Shown in pieces: positions 40,352-50,946 of a stretch of DNA of 64,000 bases. The DNA lies in the IMG/VR virus record IMGVR_UViG_3300040815_002027; one strand, written 5' to 3'. This DNA comes from a virus. Numbering within the stretch: the stretch's first letter is position 1; every line of letters starts with the position of its first letter. The position numbers and the translations under genes were made by a program. A model generated the notes under the pieces. It was not told the DNA's origin, ran no database searches, and saw only the letters and a list, made by a program, of their open reading frames with translations.

Positions 40352-42200
40352 TGAGGCTGAGCTAAATGAAATATCTAGAAAAGATATAGTAACAGGAGTA
40401 ACTGTTGCAGCATTATCTATTATGCCTTACATATCTAAGGCACAGGCTCAAACCCCAGTAAAAGATCCTGATAAGACTGAAGTAGTACAGCCTCCTACTC
40501 GAACAGATAAGTTGAGAAACTTTATTATGAGAGCCTATTCCTATTATAAGGACAATCAAAATGTAGACATCACAGACTGGATTAAGGAGAAGTACCCAGC
40601 AAAGTATGAAAAGTGGTTTAAAAATACAGGTCAAGAGCGATATGTAGTAGATGATTCTCATTTTTTAGATCCTAAAAAGTGGATGACTTTAAGTGATGAG
40701 CTTAAGAACGCCCTTTCTATGACATTATATAATAAGGGAGTGGCTGATAAGTTTATACGAACGGAGGCTCCTGGAGAAGTGGTGGCGATTATTAAGTATG
40801 ATGATAAAGGTTATAAAATAACACCTGTGACTTCTGGCGATCCTTTTAAGATGCCTAAAAATACTATAGGGTTTATAGAAGAAAAGACTCCCTTTCAAAA
40901 AGCATTTGCAGCTGCTATGAAAAAGTATAAGGAAGCTGTGAAAAGAGGGGATAAGGATGCAGATCCTTATTTTGAGTTTAATGGCAAGCTTTATAAGTTA
41001 GAGTATGGCGGGGTAGATAAACCAGGCTATTACAGGAGTGTGGATATACCTGCTACTAAAGATAGTATGCCTTCAGGGCATTTGAATGAAAAAAAAAGAA
41101 AAAAATATAGCAAGAGTAGCACAAGTCTTCACAATTGGTTTAAAAAAGAAGATTGGGTAAGGATAAATACTTCTGGAGAAATAACTGGTCCTTGTGGTAC
41201 TATGAAGGATAAGAGTAAACCTAGTAGATGTCTTCCTAGAGCTAAGGCAAATAGCCTATCAAAAAGTGAGCGAGCTGCGACAGCAAAGAAGAAAAAAGAG
41301 GGCGGGAAGAAAGGAAAGCAGTTTGTTTCTAATACTAAAAAAGCTAAAGTAAGAAAGGAAGTAGTATCTCCTAACGATCCTGTATTTAATTCTTTTAACC
41401 AGAATGATACTTTATCTAAAGATATATTTGATAATAGTAAGGTAATGCATGAGTCTATAAGAACTAGACTTATTGAGATTGCTAATATGTTTGTAAAATA
41501 TTTAGAGATACCTTTAGAGATTAAAGATATAAGACTTACAGGATCTTTAGCTAACTTTAACTGGTCTACTTACTCAGATGTAGATTTACACATAATAGTA
41601 GACTTTGATGAACTTTCAGATAAAGCAGATTTATTAAAAAAGTTCTTTGATTCTAAAAAGTCTATATGGAATGATACTTATGATATTAAAATAAAAGGAT
41701 ATGATGTAGAACTTTATGTTCAAGATATAGATGAAGTACATACAGCTTCTGGCGTATATTCTGTAACTGATAATAAATGGATAGCAGAACCTTCCGCAGA
41801 AGAAATATCAATAGATTCTAAAAAAGTTTACGATAAGACTAATGAGTACTCTAAAAGAATAGATGCTTTAGAAAAATCTAAAGATGATCCTGAAGTTATT
41901 ATAAGTTTAATAGACTCGCTTAAAGATAAAATAAAGAAGTTTAGAAAATCTGGTTTAGAGAAAGGGGGAGAGTACTCCTATGAGAATTTAGTCTTTAAGT
42001 CTTTAAGAAGATTAGGAGAGATAGAACGTCTTGTTAAGTTGAAAGTAGACTTAACAAATAAAGAGTATTCTATAAACGAGAAGAAGGATGATAGATGCAC
42101 TAGAATAGCAAAGAGAAAGTATGAAGAGTGGCCTTCTGCTTATGCTTCTGGAGCTGTTGTTAGGTGCAGACAAGGGAAAATTTGGAAAGGAGAAAAATAA
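40221..42200 (+). CDS. Multidomain protein containing a Pol-beta-like nucleotidyltransferase domain (start may be 40284)
   Basis: LTGSLANFNWSTYSDVDLHI NTase signature; Cys-containing WF..E.WV..GPCG..CLP domain; PSAYASGA C-terminal module. Confidence 0.7.
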   Translation: MSQMIPSNREEKKLLLKSLLEMKQNNQLKSLLEQKRSSQNSLLNEAELNEISRKDIVTGVTVAALSIMPYISKAQAQTPVKDPDKTEVVQPPTRTDKLRNFIMRAYSYYKDNQNVDITDWIKEKYPAKYEKWFKNTGQERYVVDDSHFLDPKKWMTLSDELKNALSMTLYNKGVADKFIRTEAPGEVVAIIKYDDKGYKITPVTSGDPFKMPKNTIGFIEEKTPFQKAFAAAMKKYKEAVKRGDKDADPYFEFNGKLYKLEYGGVDKPGYYRSVDIPATKDSMPSGHLNEKKRKKYSKSSTSLHNWFKKEDWVRINTSGEITGPCGTMKDKSKPSRCLPRAKANSLSKSERAATAKKKKEGGKKGKQFVSNTKKAKVRKEVVSPNDPVFNSFNQNDTLSKDIFDNSKVMHESIRTRLIEIANMFVKYLEIPLEIKDIRLTGSLANFNWSTYSDVDLHIIVDFDELSDKADLLKKFFDSKKSIWNDTYDIKIKGYDVELYVQDIDEVHTASGVYSVTDNKWIAEPSAEEISIDSKKVYDKTNEYSKRIDALEKSKDDPEVIISLIDSLKDKIKKFRKSGLEKGGEYSYENLVFKSLRRLGEIERLVKLKVDLTNKEYSINEKKDDRCTRIAKRKYEEWPSAYASGAVVRCRQGKIWKGEK

Positions 42201-42209
42201 TACTATTAG

Positions 42210-42593
42210 ATGAAACTTAAATTATTACTAGAACAACTTACCGAAGAGAGAGTAAATATATTAGAGGAGTTTGTAGACTACTGTACAAAAGAACTTAAAA
42301 TACAGAGACCTACTATGAAGTTAGTAAACTCTCAAAATTTTGCGAAGAAGTACAGAACCTTTGGACAATACTCCCCACAGGATAATACTTTAAAAGTATA
42401 TGTTTATAATAGAAACTTAGCTGATATACTTAGAACTATAGCACATGAATTAGTACACCATAAGCAGATGGGTAAAGGACAATTAGTCCCTGGAGCTGGA
42501 GAGACTGGTTCTCCCCAGGAAAATGAGGCCAATTCTTTGGCTGGAGTCTTACTAAGACATTACGGTAAAATTAATCCAAATATTTACGAATAA
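42210..42593 (+). CDS. HExxH zincin-like protein
   Basis: LRTIAHELVHHKQ, E.EAN. Confidence 0.7.
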   Translation: MKLKLLLEQLTEERVNILEEFVDYCTKELKIQRPTMKLVNSQNFAKKYRTFGQYSPQDNTLKVYVYNRNLADILRTIAHELVHHKQMGKGQLVPGAGETGSPQENEANSLAGVLLRHYGKINPNIYE

Positions 42594-42669
42594 TTTATTA
42601 TACTTTACCATAGTTGAATATAATTTAGTATATTTGTACCAGTTATTAATTTTTAAAAATAAAATATTT

Positions 42670-42867
42670 ATGGAATTTTATTTAGTTAAGTTTAAAGAAC
42701 AGTACGACACCGACAAAGGACCTAAATGGAGTACAAAGCAGTACTTGGTCAATGCAGTAAGCGTGGGAGATGCGGAAGCAAAGACAACTGAAAATCTTTC
42801 ACAACATGGTATTGAGTTTATGATAGTCTCTGTCTCTAAGAGTCCTATAGAAGAAATACTACAGTAA
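42670..42867 (+). CDS. DUF4494-like protein
   Basis: K.....YLV.A.S..DAEA, I..V..S.I.E. Confidence 0.6.
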   Translation: MEFYLVKFKEQYDTDKGPKWSTKQYLVNAVSVGDAEAKTTENLSQHGIEFMIVSVSKSPIEEILQ

Positions 42868-43082
42868 TGTTTAGATCATTTTCAGAACCTTTAAAAGATT
42901 CACAAGGATCTATTTCATCAAAGAGGGTGGTTACTATAACCACTCTCTTGTTGATAGTCTTTTGTGTTTTTCTAGATTTGTTTACGTCCTTTAAAGTCTC
43001 AGAGTATATCTTTGACGGGTTAATGTGGATTGTTTTATCTGGTATGGGATTTATATCATCAGAAAAATTCGCTAAAAAATGA
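42867..43082 (+). CDS. Small two-TM membrane protein (holin-like)
   Basis: D..G..SSKR plus two hydrophobic helices, ends EKF. Confidence 0.55.
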   Translation: MFRSFSEPLKDSQGSISSKRVVTITTLLLIVFCVFLDLFTSFKVSEYIFDGLMWIVLSGMGFISSEKFAKK

Positions 43083-43300
43083 CAGAATCAGAATTAGTAA
43101 AAGATATTTTAGAGAAAGATATGTCCAAGATAATAAGTGTAGAGGACATACCTTGGCCGAAAAGATATTCAGATAAAGATAAGTACTATTTTTTATCTGA
43201 TTTAAAAGATTGTTATGAGCATATAGAAAACTATGATATGTGTAATTACATATCAAACTTAATTGTAAAACTAGGATTCGATGAAGAAGAGGATTTTTAA
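43079..43300 (+). CDS. Hypothetical protein
   Basis: Coupled ORF; E.Y..C..I motif. Confidence 0.55.
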   Translation: MTESELVKDILEKDMSKIISVEDIPWPKRYSDKDKYYFLSDLKDCYEHIENYDMCNYISNLIVKLGFDEEEDF

Positions 43301-43453
43301 TAAAAAACTATCAGTAATAACGTTAGGCGTTAGTAAAGTGTGTATCCTATATACAGTAGATAGAAATAGTGGCAGACCAGTTAGTGCTGATCTGTTTTCT
43401 TTATTTTGGTTTCCGTTGTTATATGTATACTCTAAAACATTAAACTTATTTTT

Positions 43454-43684
43454 ATGAGTAGTTACTGCTTGAGACTGGAAACTTCTAAACAGATAGATGT
43501 TAATGTTATGACTCTTGTACTATGTACATACCTTCCTGTACCAGAGTCTCAAGCTGAACAAATATCAATGCTACTAAACAGAAACAAATCTATAGAGATT
43601 TTTACAGGGTATAGTAAATCTGATTTGGAAAAATACCAAAAGATCTTGAGTAAAAATGTTAAATGTGATATAATAAAAATTTAA
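43454..43684 (+). CDS. ClpS-like protein (divergent)
   Basis: L......QAEQ...L....K..I..G pattern. Confidence 0.4.
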   Translation: MSSYCLRLETSKQIDVNVMTLVLCTYLPVPESQAEQISMLLNRNKSIEIFTGYSKSDLEKYQKILSKNVKCDIIKI

Positions 43685-43690
43685 ACTGTT

Positions 43691-44215
43691 ATGCATAATA
43701 GCAAAGCATACGAATTGTCAGAGGCTAAAATAAGGTATGCAATGGCTAATACTAAGTCAAATAGACAGGCGGCCAACTTTTTGAATGTTGCTTTTAATAC
43801 CTATAAAAAGTACGCAAGCATATATATCGACAAGGAGACTAGTAAGTCTCTATACGATCTTCATAAGAATATAGGACTAAAAGGAGGAAGAAAAGGTATA
43901 AGATCTCCCCAGGGTGGCCATGTAACTTCTATGGAGATAATAGAAGGTAAATTTCCTAAATACCCTCCAGGAAAACTAAAAGACAAACTACTACAGGACG
44001 GTCTATTAGAAGCTAAGTGCTATAATGAACTTTGTACTTTTAACAAAAATCCAGAGGAGAGGATAAAAGATAATAGCATACCTTTAAGACTAGACTGGAA
44101 AGATGGCGACATGACAAACCATAAACTAGATAACTTACAGTTACTATGCTATAACTGTTACTTCCTACAGGTAGGTAACTTGAATGGTAATATGAAAAAA
44201 TTTGAAGATTTGTAA
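43691..44215 (+). CDS. HTH + HNH-like zinc-binding protein
   Basis: S.RQAA.FL.V...TYKKY; C...C, L.LD.KDGD.TN..L.NL.LLC.NC (HNH-like, His not conserved). Confidence 0.6.
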   Translation: MHNSKAYELSEAKIRYAMANTKSNRQAANFLNVAFNTYKKYASIYIDKETSKSLYDLHKNIGLKGGRKGIRSPQGGHVTSMEIIEGKFPKYPPGKLKDKLLQDGLLEAKCYNELCTFNKNPEERIKDNSIPLRLDWKDGDMTNHKLDNLQLLCYNCYFLQVGNLNGNMKKFEDL

Positions 44216-44391
44216 TGGAAGATATTTCTGACTTATATAGAAAACTAGGAGTAGTTGAGTATAACATCACCATATATACGGAGACTTTAAGACAACTACA
44301 AGAGACTAAAGAAACTATTTTATTAGAGATAGATAAACTAGAAGCTAAAAAAATAAAAGATGAAGGTGACAATATGGACAAGGCTGAATAA
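44215..44391 (+). CDS. Small hypothetical protein (58 aa, not in ORF track)
   Basis: TAATG coupling; MEDISDLYRKLG...DKAE. Confidence 0.5.
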   Translation: MEDISDLYRKLGVVEYNITIYTETLRQLQETKETILLEIDKLEAKKIKDEGDNMDKAE

Positions 44392-44565
44392 TGTAAGGTA
44401 CATACATGAAGGTACTTGTGAGTATAGTTGGTTTATTAAAAACCCTACACAAGCCGATGCTGTACAGTTAGAGATTGATTATGATACTTTTTTTAATCTT
44501 TTAGATAATTTTGAGCATTATTTAGTTTTGTTTTGACTATTTATATAGTAGATACGTTTAACAAA

Positions 44566-45432
44566 ATGAGTTTAAAGAAAATAGTAAAAGAAGCCTTACA
44601 GGATAAGGATCTTTTTAAGAAGAATCTTTCTAAGATACAGTCTACTACTATAGATGCCAATGAGATGCCTAAAGGTATCACATCGTTCCCTAATGAGTTT
44701 AGGTTGGTTTTTGTCGATGCTCATTTAGCATTATTAAAACACTTTAAGAAAAAATATAAACTAAGAGGAGAGAAAGCTAGAGTGGAGAACTTAATGGATC
44801 AGTTAGGGGCGGAGAAACATGTTAGAATAAGCAGTTTGTATCCTCCATTTAAGATACTAAGAAAATCTGTACTTAACGCAAAGGGAGAGAACCAAGGTAG
44901 ACTTGCCAGAGTATTTCAGTACAAAAATAAGTTTATACCTTTAGATAGAGAGGACTTTCATATTATGGCTATAGATGCTATAGAGAATGATAAGTTATTA
45001 GGACCTTGTTCTGTTGTCGATTTATCTGATAGTACCAGAGAAGATATTGGGAATCCTTTGGGTGATATGACCAGGATGGAAAGAGTCTACCAGTTCTTGG
45101 AGATACCTAAAGAAGACGAAGTAAAAGATGAGCCAGACTTATACGATAAGGAAGGAGGAAAGTTGACTAAAAAACAGATAGACTTATTTAATAGACCTGG
45201 GGATGATGCTAGTGTAGATATAGGCTTTAAGAATCCTATCGACACTACAGCAAGCATACAAGGTTTAGACGATCTTGATAACTACGCTCATAAAGTAAGA
45301 GCTACTCTATTAATGATAAACAGAGCTAAGGCTACTCTAAAGAGAACTAAAGATCCTAAAAAGAAACGTAATATTATATCTAGTTTGAAGAAATGGCAAA
45401 ACTATAAAAATAGACTAATAGATAAACAATGA
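44566..45432 (+). CDS. Hypothetical protein (putative late/virion)
   Basis: ATG 44566 after TATTTATA; MSLKKIVKEAL leader. Confidence 0.6.
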   Translation: MSLKKIVKEALQDKDLFKKNLSKIQSTTIDANEMPKGITSFPNEFRLVFVDAHLALLKHFKKKYKLRGEKARVENLMDQLGAEKHVRISSLYPPFKILRKSVLNAKGENQGRLARVFQYKNKFIPLDREDFHIMAIDAIENDKLLGPCSVVDLSDSTREDIGNPLGDMTRMERVYQFLEIPKEDEVKDEPDLYDKEGGKLTKKQIDLFNRPGDDASVDIGFKNPIDTTASIQGLDDLDNYAHKVRATLLMINRAKATLKRTKDPKKKRNIISSLKKWQNYKNRLIDKQ

Positions 45433-45833
45433 AAAAATTTATAGAAATACTAAAGTACGGGGATACTGAACCTTTAGAAATTGTTTTAGCTATTGTTCTC
45501 ATAGGACAGTTATGCCATCCTTCTCCTTCCATATTCTGCTGGCATAGTATACTGCCAGAGTATTATTATTTTTTAGGAGCATTGTCAGGAGCTGGTATGC
45601 TTTTTGGTAATATGTTAGGAAGTTTACAGGTTAGGAAGTGGAGTTCTAATATAGGCTTTGTTGTTATTCTAGGTATAATCGTCATATCTGCTTACAATGG
45701 TTTTACAGGTTTGCAGATGTACATAATATTGTTTGTTGAGTTTTTAGCATTGTTTTGGGTCACTTGGAGATGCAGTACATTAGAGGTTTTGCACCATTTA
45801 AAGACTTCCAAAACTCAAAAACAAAATGGATGA
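45429..45833 (+). CDS. Membrane protein
   Basis: Four hydrophobic segments. Confidence 0.65.
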   Translation: MKKFIEILKYGDTEPLEIVLAIVLIGQLCHPSPSIFCWHSILPEYYYFLGALSGAGMLFGNMLGSLQVRKWSSNIGFVVILGIIVISAYNGFTGLQMYIILFVEFLALFWVTWRCSTLEVLHHLKTSKTQKQNG

Positions 45834-46140
45834 GAACTTATATACGGTATTAATAACTCTTATAACAGTTGCAGGTTCTGCGGGTGCGTGGAAATTTTAT
45901 GAGTCTAAACTAAAACTAAGAAGTAGAATAAGAGACTTAGATGTCAAAGAAGGTGTTTTGTTTAGAGAAGATTTGAGAGAAAGGGTTTCTCTATTAGAGA
46001 GTAAATTAGAAGAAAAAGAGCGGGAGAAAGAAGAACTACAAAACCAAATATCAGACTTAAAAACACAACTAGCTGAATATAAAGTAAGGTTAGAGTACTT
46101 AGAGAAAGACAATAGAAGGTTAAAGAATGCTAATAATTGA
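45826..46140 (+). CDS. Single-TM coiled-coil protein
   Basis: N-terminal TM helix followed by heptad repeats. Confidence 0.65.
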   Translation: MDENLYTVLITLITVAGSAGAWKFYESKLKLRSRIRDLDVKEGVLFREDLRERVSLLESKLEEKEREKEELQNQISDLKTQLAEYKVRLEYLEKDNRRLKNANN

Positions 46141-46780
46141 AGTAAATTTTAAGAAAAGAGAGTATATAGGATCTGGAGCAGAAGGAGATGTTTATGATTT
46201 TACTACAAAATCAGGTAAACTTCCAAGTGGTGTTATAAAGTTATATAATTTAGGAAGTTATAGCGGAGGTCTAAGAAGACTTCAGACTAAATACGAAACT
46301 CAGAGCAAGTACCCAGAATTGTTTGCAAGAGTATATAGAATCAGGCCTGGCAGTAAAAACCCTAACACTGCTTATGTTGTTATGGAAAAACTTGATACAA
46401 CTAGGATATCAAAAGCTATAGAGGCTCTTCAGAGTAGTATAAAAAAAATAATTAAAGACAATACATCTACTTTAAAGTTTACCGAGCCTTATAAGAGTTT
46501 ATATAATAGGTATAGGAGTGATTTTTTAGGAGGTATGTATGAGGAAATAGTAGAAGACGGCAATACTGATTTTATAGATTTTATAAAAGAGAATTTACCT
46601 ACTTCACAGTTAAATGTTTTAAGTAAACTAGAAGAGTATATCTATAAGATAAAAAATATAGCTAAAGATTTATTCGATAAATTTGAGTTTTTAGATGTTC
46701 ACTCAAATAATATAGGCATAGACACTAGTGGGAACATTAAGATGTTTGACTTTGTTACTTTATCAGATGTAAAAAACTAA
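46127..46780 (+). CDS. Protein kinase-like protein
   Basis: IGSGAEGDVY Gly loop, VIK, VMEKL, DVHSNN catalytic loop, FDF. Confidence 0.75.
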   Translation: MLIIEVNFKKREYIGSGAEGDVYDFTTKSGKLPSGVIKLYNLGSYSGGLRRLQTKYETQSKYPELFARVYRIRPGSKNPNTAYVVMEKLDTTRISKAIEALQSSIKKIIKDNTSTLKFTEPYKSLYNRYRSDFLGGMYEEIVEDGNTDFIDFIKENLPTSQLNVLSKLEEYIYKIKNIAKDLFDKFEFLDVHSNNIGIDTSGNIKMFDFVTLSDVKN

Positions 46781-46787
46781 TTAAAAT

Positions 46788-47150
46788 ATGACACACCCAA
46801 AATCTGAACTTTACAACTATAAATGTAAATTACTTAGAGTAATTGATGGAGACACTATTGAGTGCGATGTTGATTTAGGTTTCTATACTTGGAGGAAAGT
46901 AATCCTGAGACTAGCTGATATAGATGCTCCTGAAATTAGAACTAAAGACTTACAAGAGAAAGAAGCAGGACTAAAGACTGCTTATATTTTAGAATTAAAA
47001 CTATTAGAGGAAAATCCAGAAGGTATTTTCTATATTAAATCTAACGGTGTTGATTCCTTTGGTAGGTCTATTGCTACTATCTTTACAGAGACTGGAGATG
47101 ACATCAATATGTATCTTTTGGAGTCAGGCAATGCAAAAGAATGGAAATAA
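46788..47150 (+). CDS. Thermonuclease (SNase-like)
   Basis: RVIDGDT, RL.DIDAPE, D.FGR. Confidence 0.9.
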   Translation: MTHPKSELYNYKCKLLRVIDGDTIECDVDLGFYTWRKVILRLADIDAPEIRTKDLQEKEAGLKTAYILELKLLEENPEGIFYIKSNGVDSFGRSIATIFTETGDDINMYLLESGNAKEWK

Positions 47151-47174
47151 TTTTTTAATTTAAATTTAATAGAT

Positions 47175-47342
47175 ATGAATGACAAAGCAAAAGGTTTAGG
47201 AGACACTGTAGAAAAAATCGCTAAAGCAACTGGTATGGACAAAGTTGCTAACAGTGTCGCTAAGGCTATGGGAAAAGAAGATTGCGGTTGCGGTAAAAGA
47301 AAAGAACAACTGAATCAAATATTCCCTTACAAGAATAAGTAG
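47175..47342 (+). CDS. Small phage protein (55 aa, not in ORF track)
   Basis: KGLGDTVEK...TG...DCGC.KRKE.LN..FPY. Confidence 0.7.
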   Translation: MNDKAKGLGDTVEKIAKATGMDKVANSVAKAMGKEDCGCGKRKEQLNQIFPYKNK

Positions 47343-47479
47343 TCTAGTTTTAAACTACTTTGAATATAACCTGCCATGCCTCTCGTAAAACGGTTCTTTT
47401 GGCCAAAGGATATAGAAGCACACTTTGGCAGGTTTTCTCTTTTTAGGTATATTTATAGATGTACCTAAAACTTAAAAAC

Positions 47480-48427
47480 ATGTCTAATAAAGTATCCGTA
47501 CCGCCTTATATAATAAATGTACTTAACCCTATACTTCCTTTTTCGCAAACTGTTGATTGGGGATTAAAAAAACTAGGTATAGAAGACTTACATAAAAAAG
47601 GATATACAGGTAAGGGAGTAAAGATTGGTATCATAGACTCTGGTTGTGATTTATCTCATCCTGATCTTAAAATAGCTTCTTCGCAAGATTTTACAGGGTC
47701 AGGAACTCCTGAAGACTCTTCTGGTCATGGTACTCATGTTGCAGGTATAATAGCAGCACAAGGCAATAATCACGGTGTATTAGGTGTAGCTCCAGATTCT
47801 GAGATACATATATTTAAAGGACTTGATGGAGGCAGTGGGAATCTAAAGAGTATTACGTCCGCTTTAGATGCAGCCATAAATTCTGGAATGGATATAATAA
47901 ATATGTCTTTAGGTACTCCTTCTGATTCTAAAACACTGCATAAACTGATAAAAAAAGCTAAAGATAAAGGTATTATAGTAGTGGTAGCTTCTGGTAATAC
48001 AGGTAAGGATGAGGATTTTTATCCTGCATCTTATGAAGAGTGTGTAGCTGTTGGTGCTATTGATAATAGTTTTCAAGTAGCTTATTTTACAACATTTGGA
48101 GACCAGTTAGATGTGGTATCTCCAGGCGCAAAAATACTAAGTACGCACTTAAATGGAGGTTATGCAGTTCTATCTGGCACTTCTATGGCAGCACCTTTTG
48201 TCACTGGCTGTTTAGCTTTGATGAAGGAAGCAGGAATAGAACTAACTTATGAGACTATAACTAAATCTACTATAGACATAGAAGATCCTAGCTTCGACAT
48301 AAAGTCAGGGTATGGGATCTTAGATCCTAAGATACTCATACTAAATACTAAAACAGAAGTTAAAAGCGATACTAAATCTTTTAACTTATTTTCTAATTTT
48401 TTTTGCAAAAAAAAGAAATCTATTTGA
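47480..48427 (+). CDS. Subtilisin-like serine protease (S8)
   Basis: IIDSG, HGTHVAG, NMSLG, GTSMAAP catalytic triad motifs. Confidence 0.93.
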   Translation: MSNKVSVPPYIINVLNPILPFSQTVDWGLKKLGIEDLHKKGYTGKGVKIGIIDSGCDLSHPDLKIASSQDFTGSGTPEDSSGHGTHVAGIIAAQGNNHGVLGVAPDSEIHIFKGLDGGSGNLKSITSALDAAINSGMDIINMSLGTPSDSKTLHKLIKKAKDKGIIVVVASGNTGKDEDFYPASYEECVAVGAIDNSFQVAYFTTFGDQLDVVSPGAKILSTHLNGGYAVLSGTSMAAPFVTGCLALMKEAGIELTYETITKSTIDIEDPSFDIKSGYGILDPKILILNTKTEVKSDTKSFNLFSNFFCKKKKSI

Positions 48428-48483
48428 ATTGTAAAAAAATGTTACTATATTGCACTCCAAAGTTACGATTAAATAAAAAAGTT

Positions 48484-49251
48484 ATGGAATATTCAAAAAG
48501 TATATTTTCTTTGTTCGTATTCATTATGGGCTATTTAATAGGCTCTTATACACGAATGCCTAGCAGTGTGGCTTCTGAACCTACAACTACTATGTCTATT
48601 GTAGCTCCTCAAAAAGTTGGGGGAGAAGACCTACCAAAAGATAACTACATAGAAAAAGTAAATGACATAAAAGTAAAAAGTACTTTTAGTCAAGACCTAA
48701 ACAGTATTTTAGCAAAAGCTTATGAGAAGGATAGTATTCATGCTTACTATATTAATAGGTATGCTAAACTAGCTTTAATAGAAAAAGACTTATACGGATT
48801 TCCTGCATCAGTTAAACTAGCACAGTTTTTAGTTGAAGGAGGTTATGATGAGAAAAACCCTAACGGATCCAGGTTAGTCTTTGAAGGTAATAACCCTTTT
48901 GGTATAAAGTATTACGGTAATAATATACCTAAAAGAGTAGACAATTGGGAAGATTTGGCTTTTGTTAATGACTATGTACTTGCAAAAGATGATTGTCCAG
49001 ATAAGTGTAAGTTTATAAAGTTTAAAGGTATCTGGCACTCTTTTAGGTATCATAGCAAGTTTATGGTAGGGACTAAGAACGAGCCTTCTCATTATATGAG
49101 GTATGTGGGTAAAGGAGATTGGAAAGATTGGTTAGATGCTATAGACAAAGGAAACTATGCTACCTCTAATAACTATAAGAACTTACTATATCAAGTTATA
49201 ACTCAATATAACTTGTACCTATTAGATAATCACCAAAATGAAGGTATATGA
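48484..49251 (+). CDS. GH73 glucosaminidase-like peptidoglycan hydrolase with N-terminal TM
   Basis: PASV.LAQ..VE, NNPFGIK, SFR.HS.F, YAT...Y. Confidence 0.8.
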   Translation: MEYSKSIFSLFVFIMGYLIGSYTRMPSSVASEPTTTMSIVAPQKVGGEDLPKDNYIEKVNDIKVKSTFSQDLNSILAKAYEKDSIHAYYINRYAKLALIEKDLYGFPASVKLAQFLVEGGYDEKNPNGSRLVFEGNNPFGIKYYGNNIPKRVDNWEDLAFVNDYVLAKDDCPDKCKFIKFKGIWHSFRYHSKFMVGTKNEPSHYMRYVGKGDWKDWLDAIDKGNYATSNNYKNLLYQVITQYNLYLLDNHQNEGI

Positions 49252-50601
49252 AAACTTTTGTAACTAAGTATACAACACCTAATGATCTTACAGAATGGTC
49301 TGGTCCTAATATTGTAGCACCTGATGTTAAGTCTGCTAAAAAGCATTTAGAGAAGTTAAGAGAAAACTATCCTACTATAGAATTGGTAGGGGAGTTAGTA
49401 GAGATTTTGGAGGAAGGGAAAGAAGGAAAACAGATTTTACACGATTAAATTTTTATTTTATGAAAAAGTTATTATTTTTGTTATCATTAGTTATGTTTAT
49501 GTCATCTTGTTCTGTGTATCCATCTTTAAGCAGTAACTTTAATGTTCCTCTTTCTGATAAGGTAGATTCTAGAATAAACGTAAACGCATCTAATAGATAT
49601 CTTAGTACAGATTTTAATATATCCATTAGAGGTAAACGTTCTACTTCTAATATAAGAATACCTGTTACTTTTAATAAATAATAATTATTATGAATCCATT
49701 TAATTTGTTTTTAACACTAGACTCCTCAGAAGAAAACTTCAAATCAGCTATGAAGTTAGAGGAGATTTTTAAATCTACTACAGAGAATCTAGAGAGCGGT
49801 TCTTTAGATAGTGATGACATCTTAATGACAGTATGTTATGCTTTAGTAGTTTACTACATTAATGCTTATACAGAAGGTATTTTGTATAGGGGAGAAGATC
49901 CAGCAGATGAACATACTTATAAGACCTTATTAGATATTGCAGAGGCCGTGTCAAAAAGATCTGAAGATTTAGAATACGATGTAGAAATTCTCACAAATTT
50001 GGCGGAGCTGAGAATAGCAGAACTTCATATAGTTAAATATTCCTATAATAGAAAGACAACAAGTATAGCATAATGCAATTAGTTATAGATAACTCAGACT
50101 TTTCTAAGAAAGGTATATTAGATGCCTTATATAACTACTCAGAAGGTATTAAAGAAGAGATGTACACTCAAGTATGTGGGCTAGTATACACTACTATGTT
50201 AAATAAGGTTATAGATAATTCTAAACATACTTTTACTTTTGAGAAAGGAGACTCAGATAACCTTTACATAAAAATTATAATGATAGAAATATATGCAAGA
50301 GGATAATATTTTTTTTATAGAGGATGAATTTATGGACTCTGATTTCATAATCAAGTCGAGAAGGTTTCATGAGTTCCTACTAAAAAATATATCCGATAAC
50401 ATAGAAAGTGGATTATACGGTACTCTTGAGTTTACTTTTATATCTAGTACCGATTATGTTATAGAAGGGAAGCTGCCTAAAGAAGGTTACAGTAAGAGTT
50501 TACAGACTAGTTTAGATTACTTTGTTAGTGAGGAGTTATATGAGTATGCTGCTAAATGTAAAAAGATATTAGATAAACTAAATAATTTACAAAATGATTG
50601 A
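49248..50601 (+). CDS. Five small hypothetical ORFs (49248, 49460 lipoprotein-like, 49690, 50073, 50293)
   Basis: Packed + strand ORFs; 49460 has a signal peptide with FMSSC lipobox. Confidence 0.55.
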
Positions 50602-50902
50602 AGAATTTGATACATTGATGGATCATGTAATAAGTTGGGCAGAAGCAAAGGATTTAATAAAAAAAGAAAATGCCACTAAGCAAATGTTAAAGGTAGTAGA
50701 AGAAGTAGGAGAAACTGCTGGAGCATTGGCCAAAGGAAAAGAAGATGCTATTAAAGATGGTATTGGAGATTCTTTTGTAACTTTAATTATATTAGCAAAA
50801 CAGTTAGGATATGAACCTAATGAGTGCTTGTCTAAAGCCTGGTATGAAATAAGAAACCGTACAGGTAAAACAGTTAATGGTGTATTTGTAAAAGACGAAT
50901 AA
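50594..50902 (+). CDS. MazG-like NTP pyrophosphohydrolase
   Basis: KQ.LK..EE.GE, D.IGD..VTL, R.GK..NG.FVK. Confidence 0.85.
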   Translation: MIEEFDTLMDHVISWAEAKDLIKKENATKQMLKVVEEVGETAGALAKGKEDAIKDGIGDSFVTLIILAKQLGYEPNECLSKAWYEIRNRTGKTVNGVFVKDE

Positions 50903-50946
50903 ATAGTTTATATTTGTAAAAGTTTTAATCATTAAAAATAATTATT

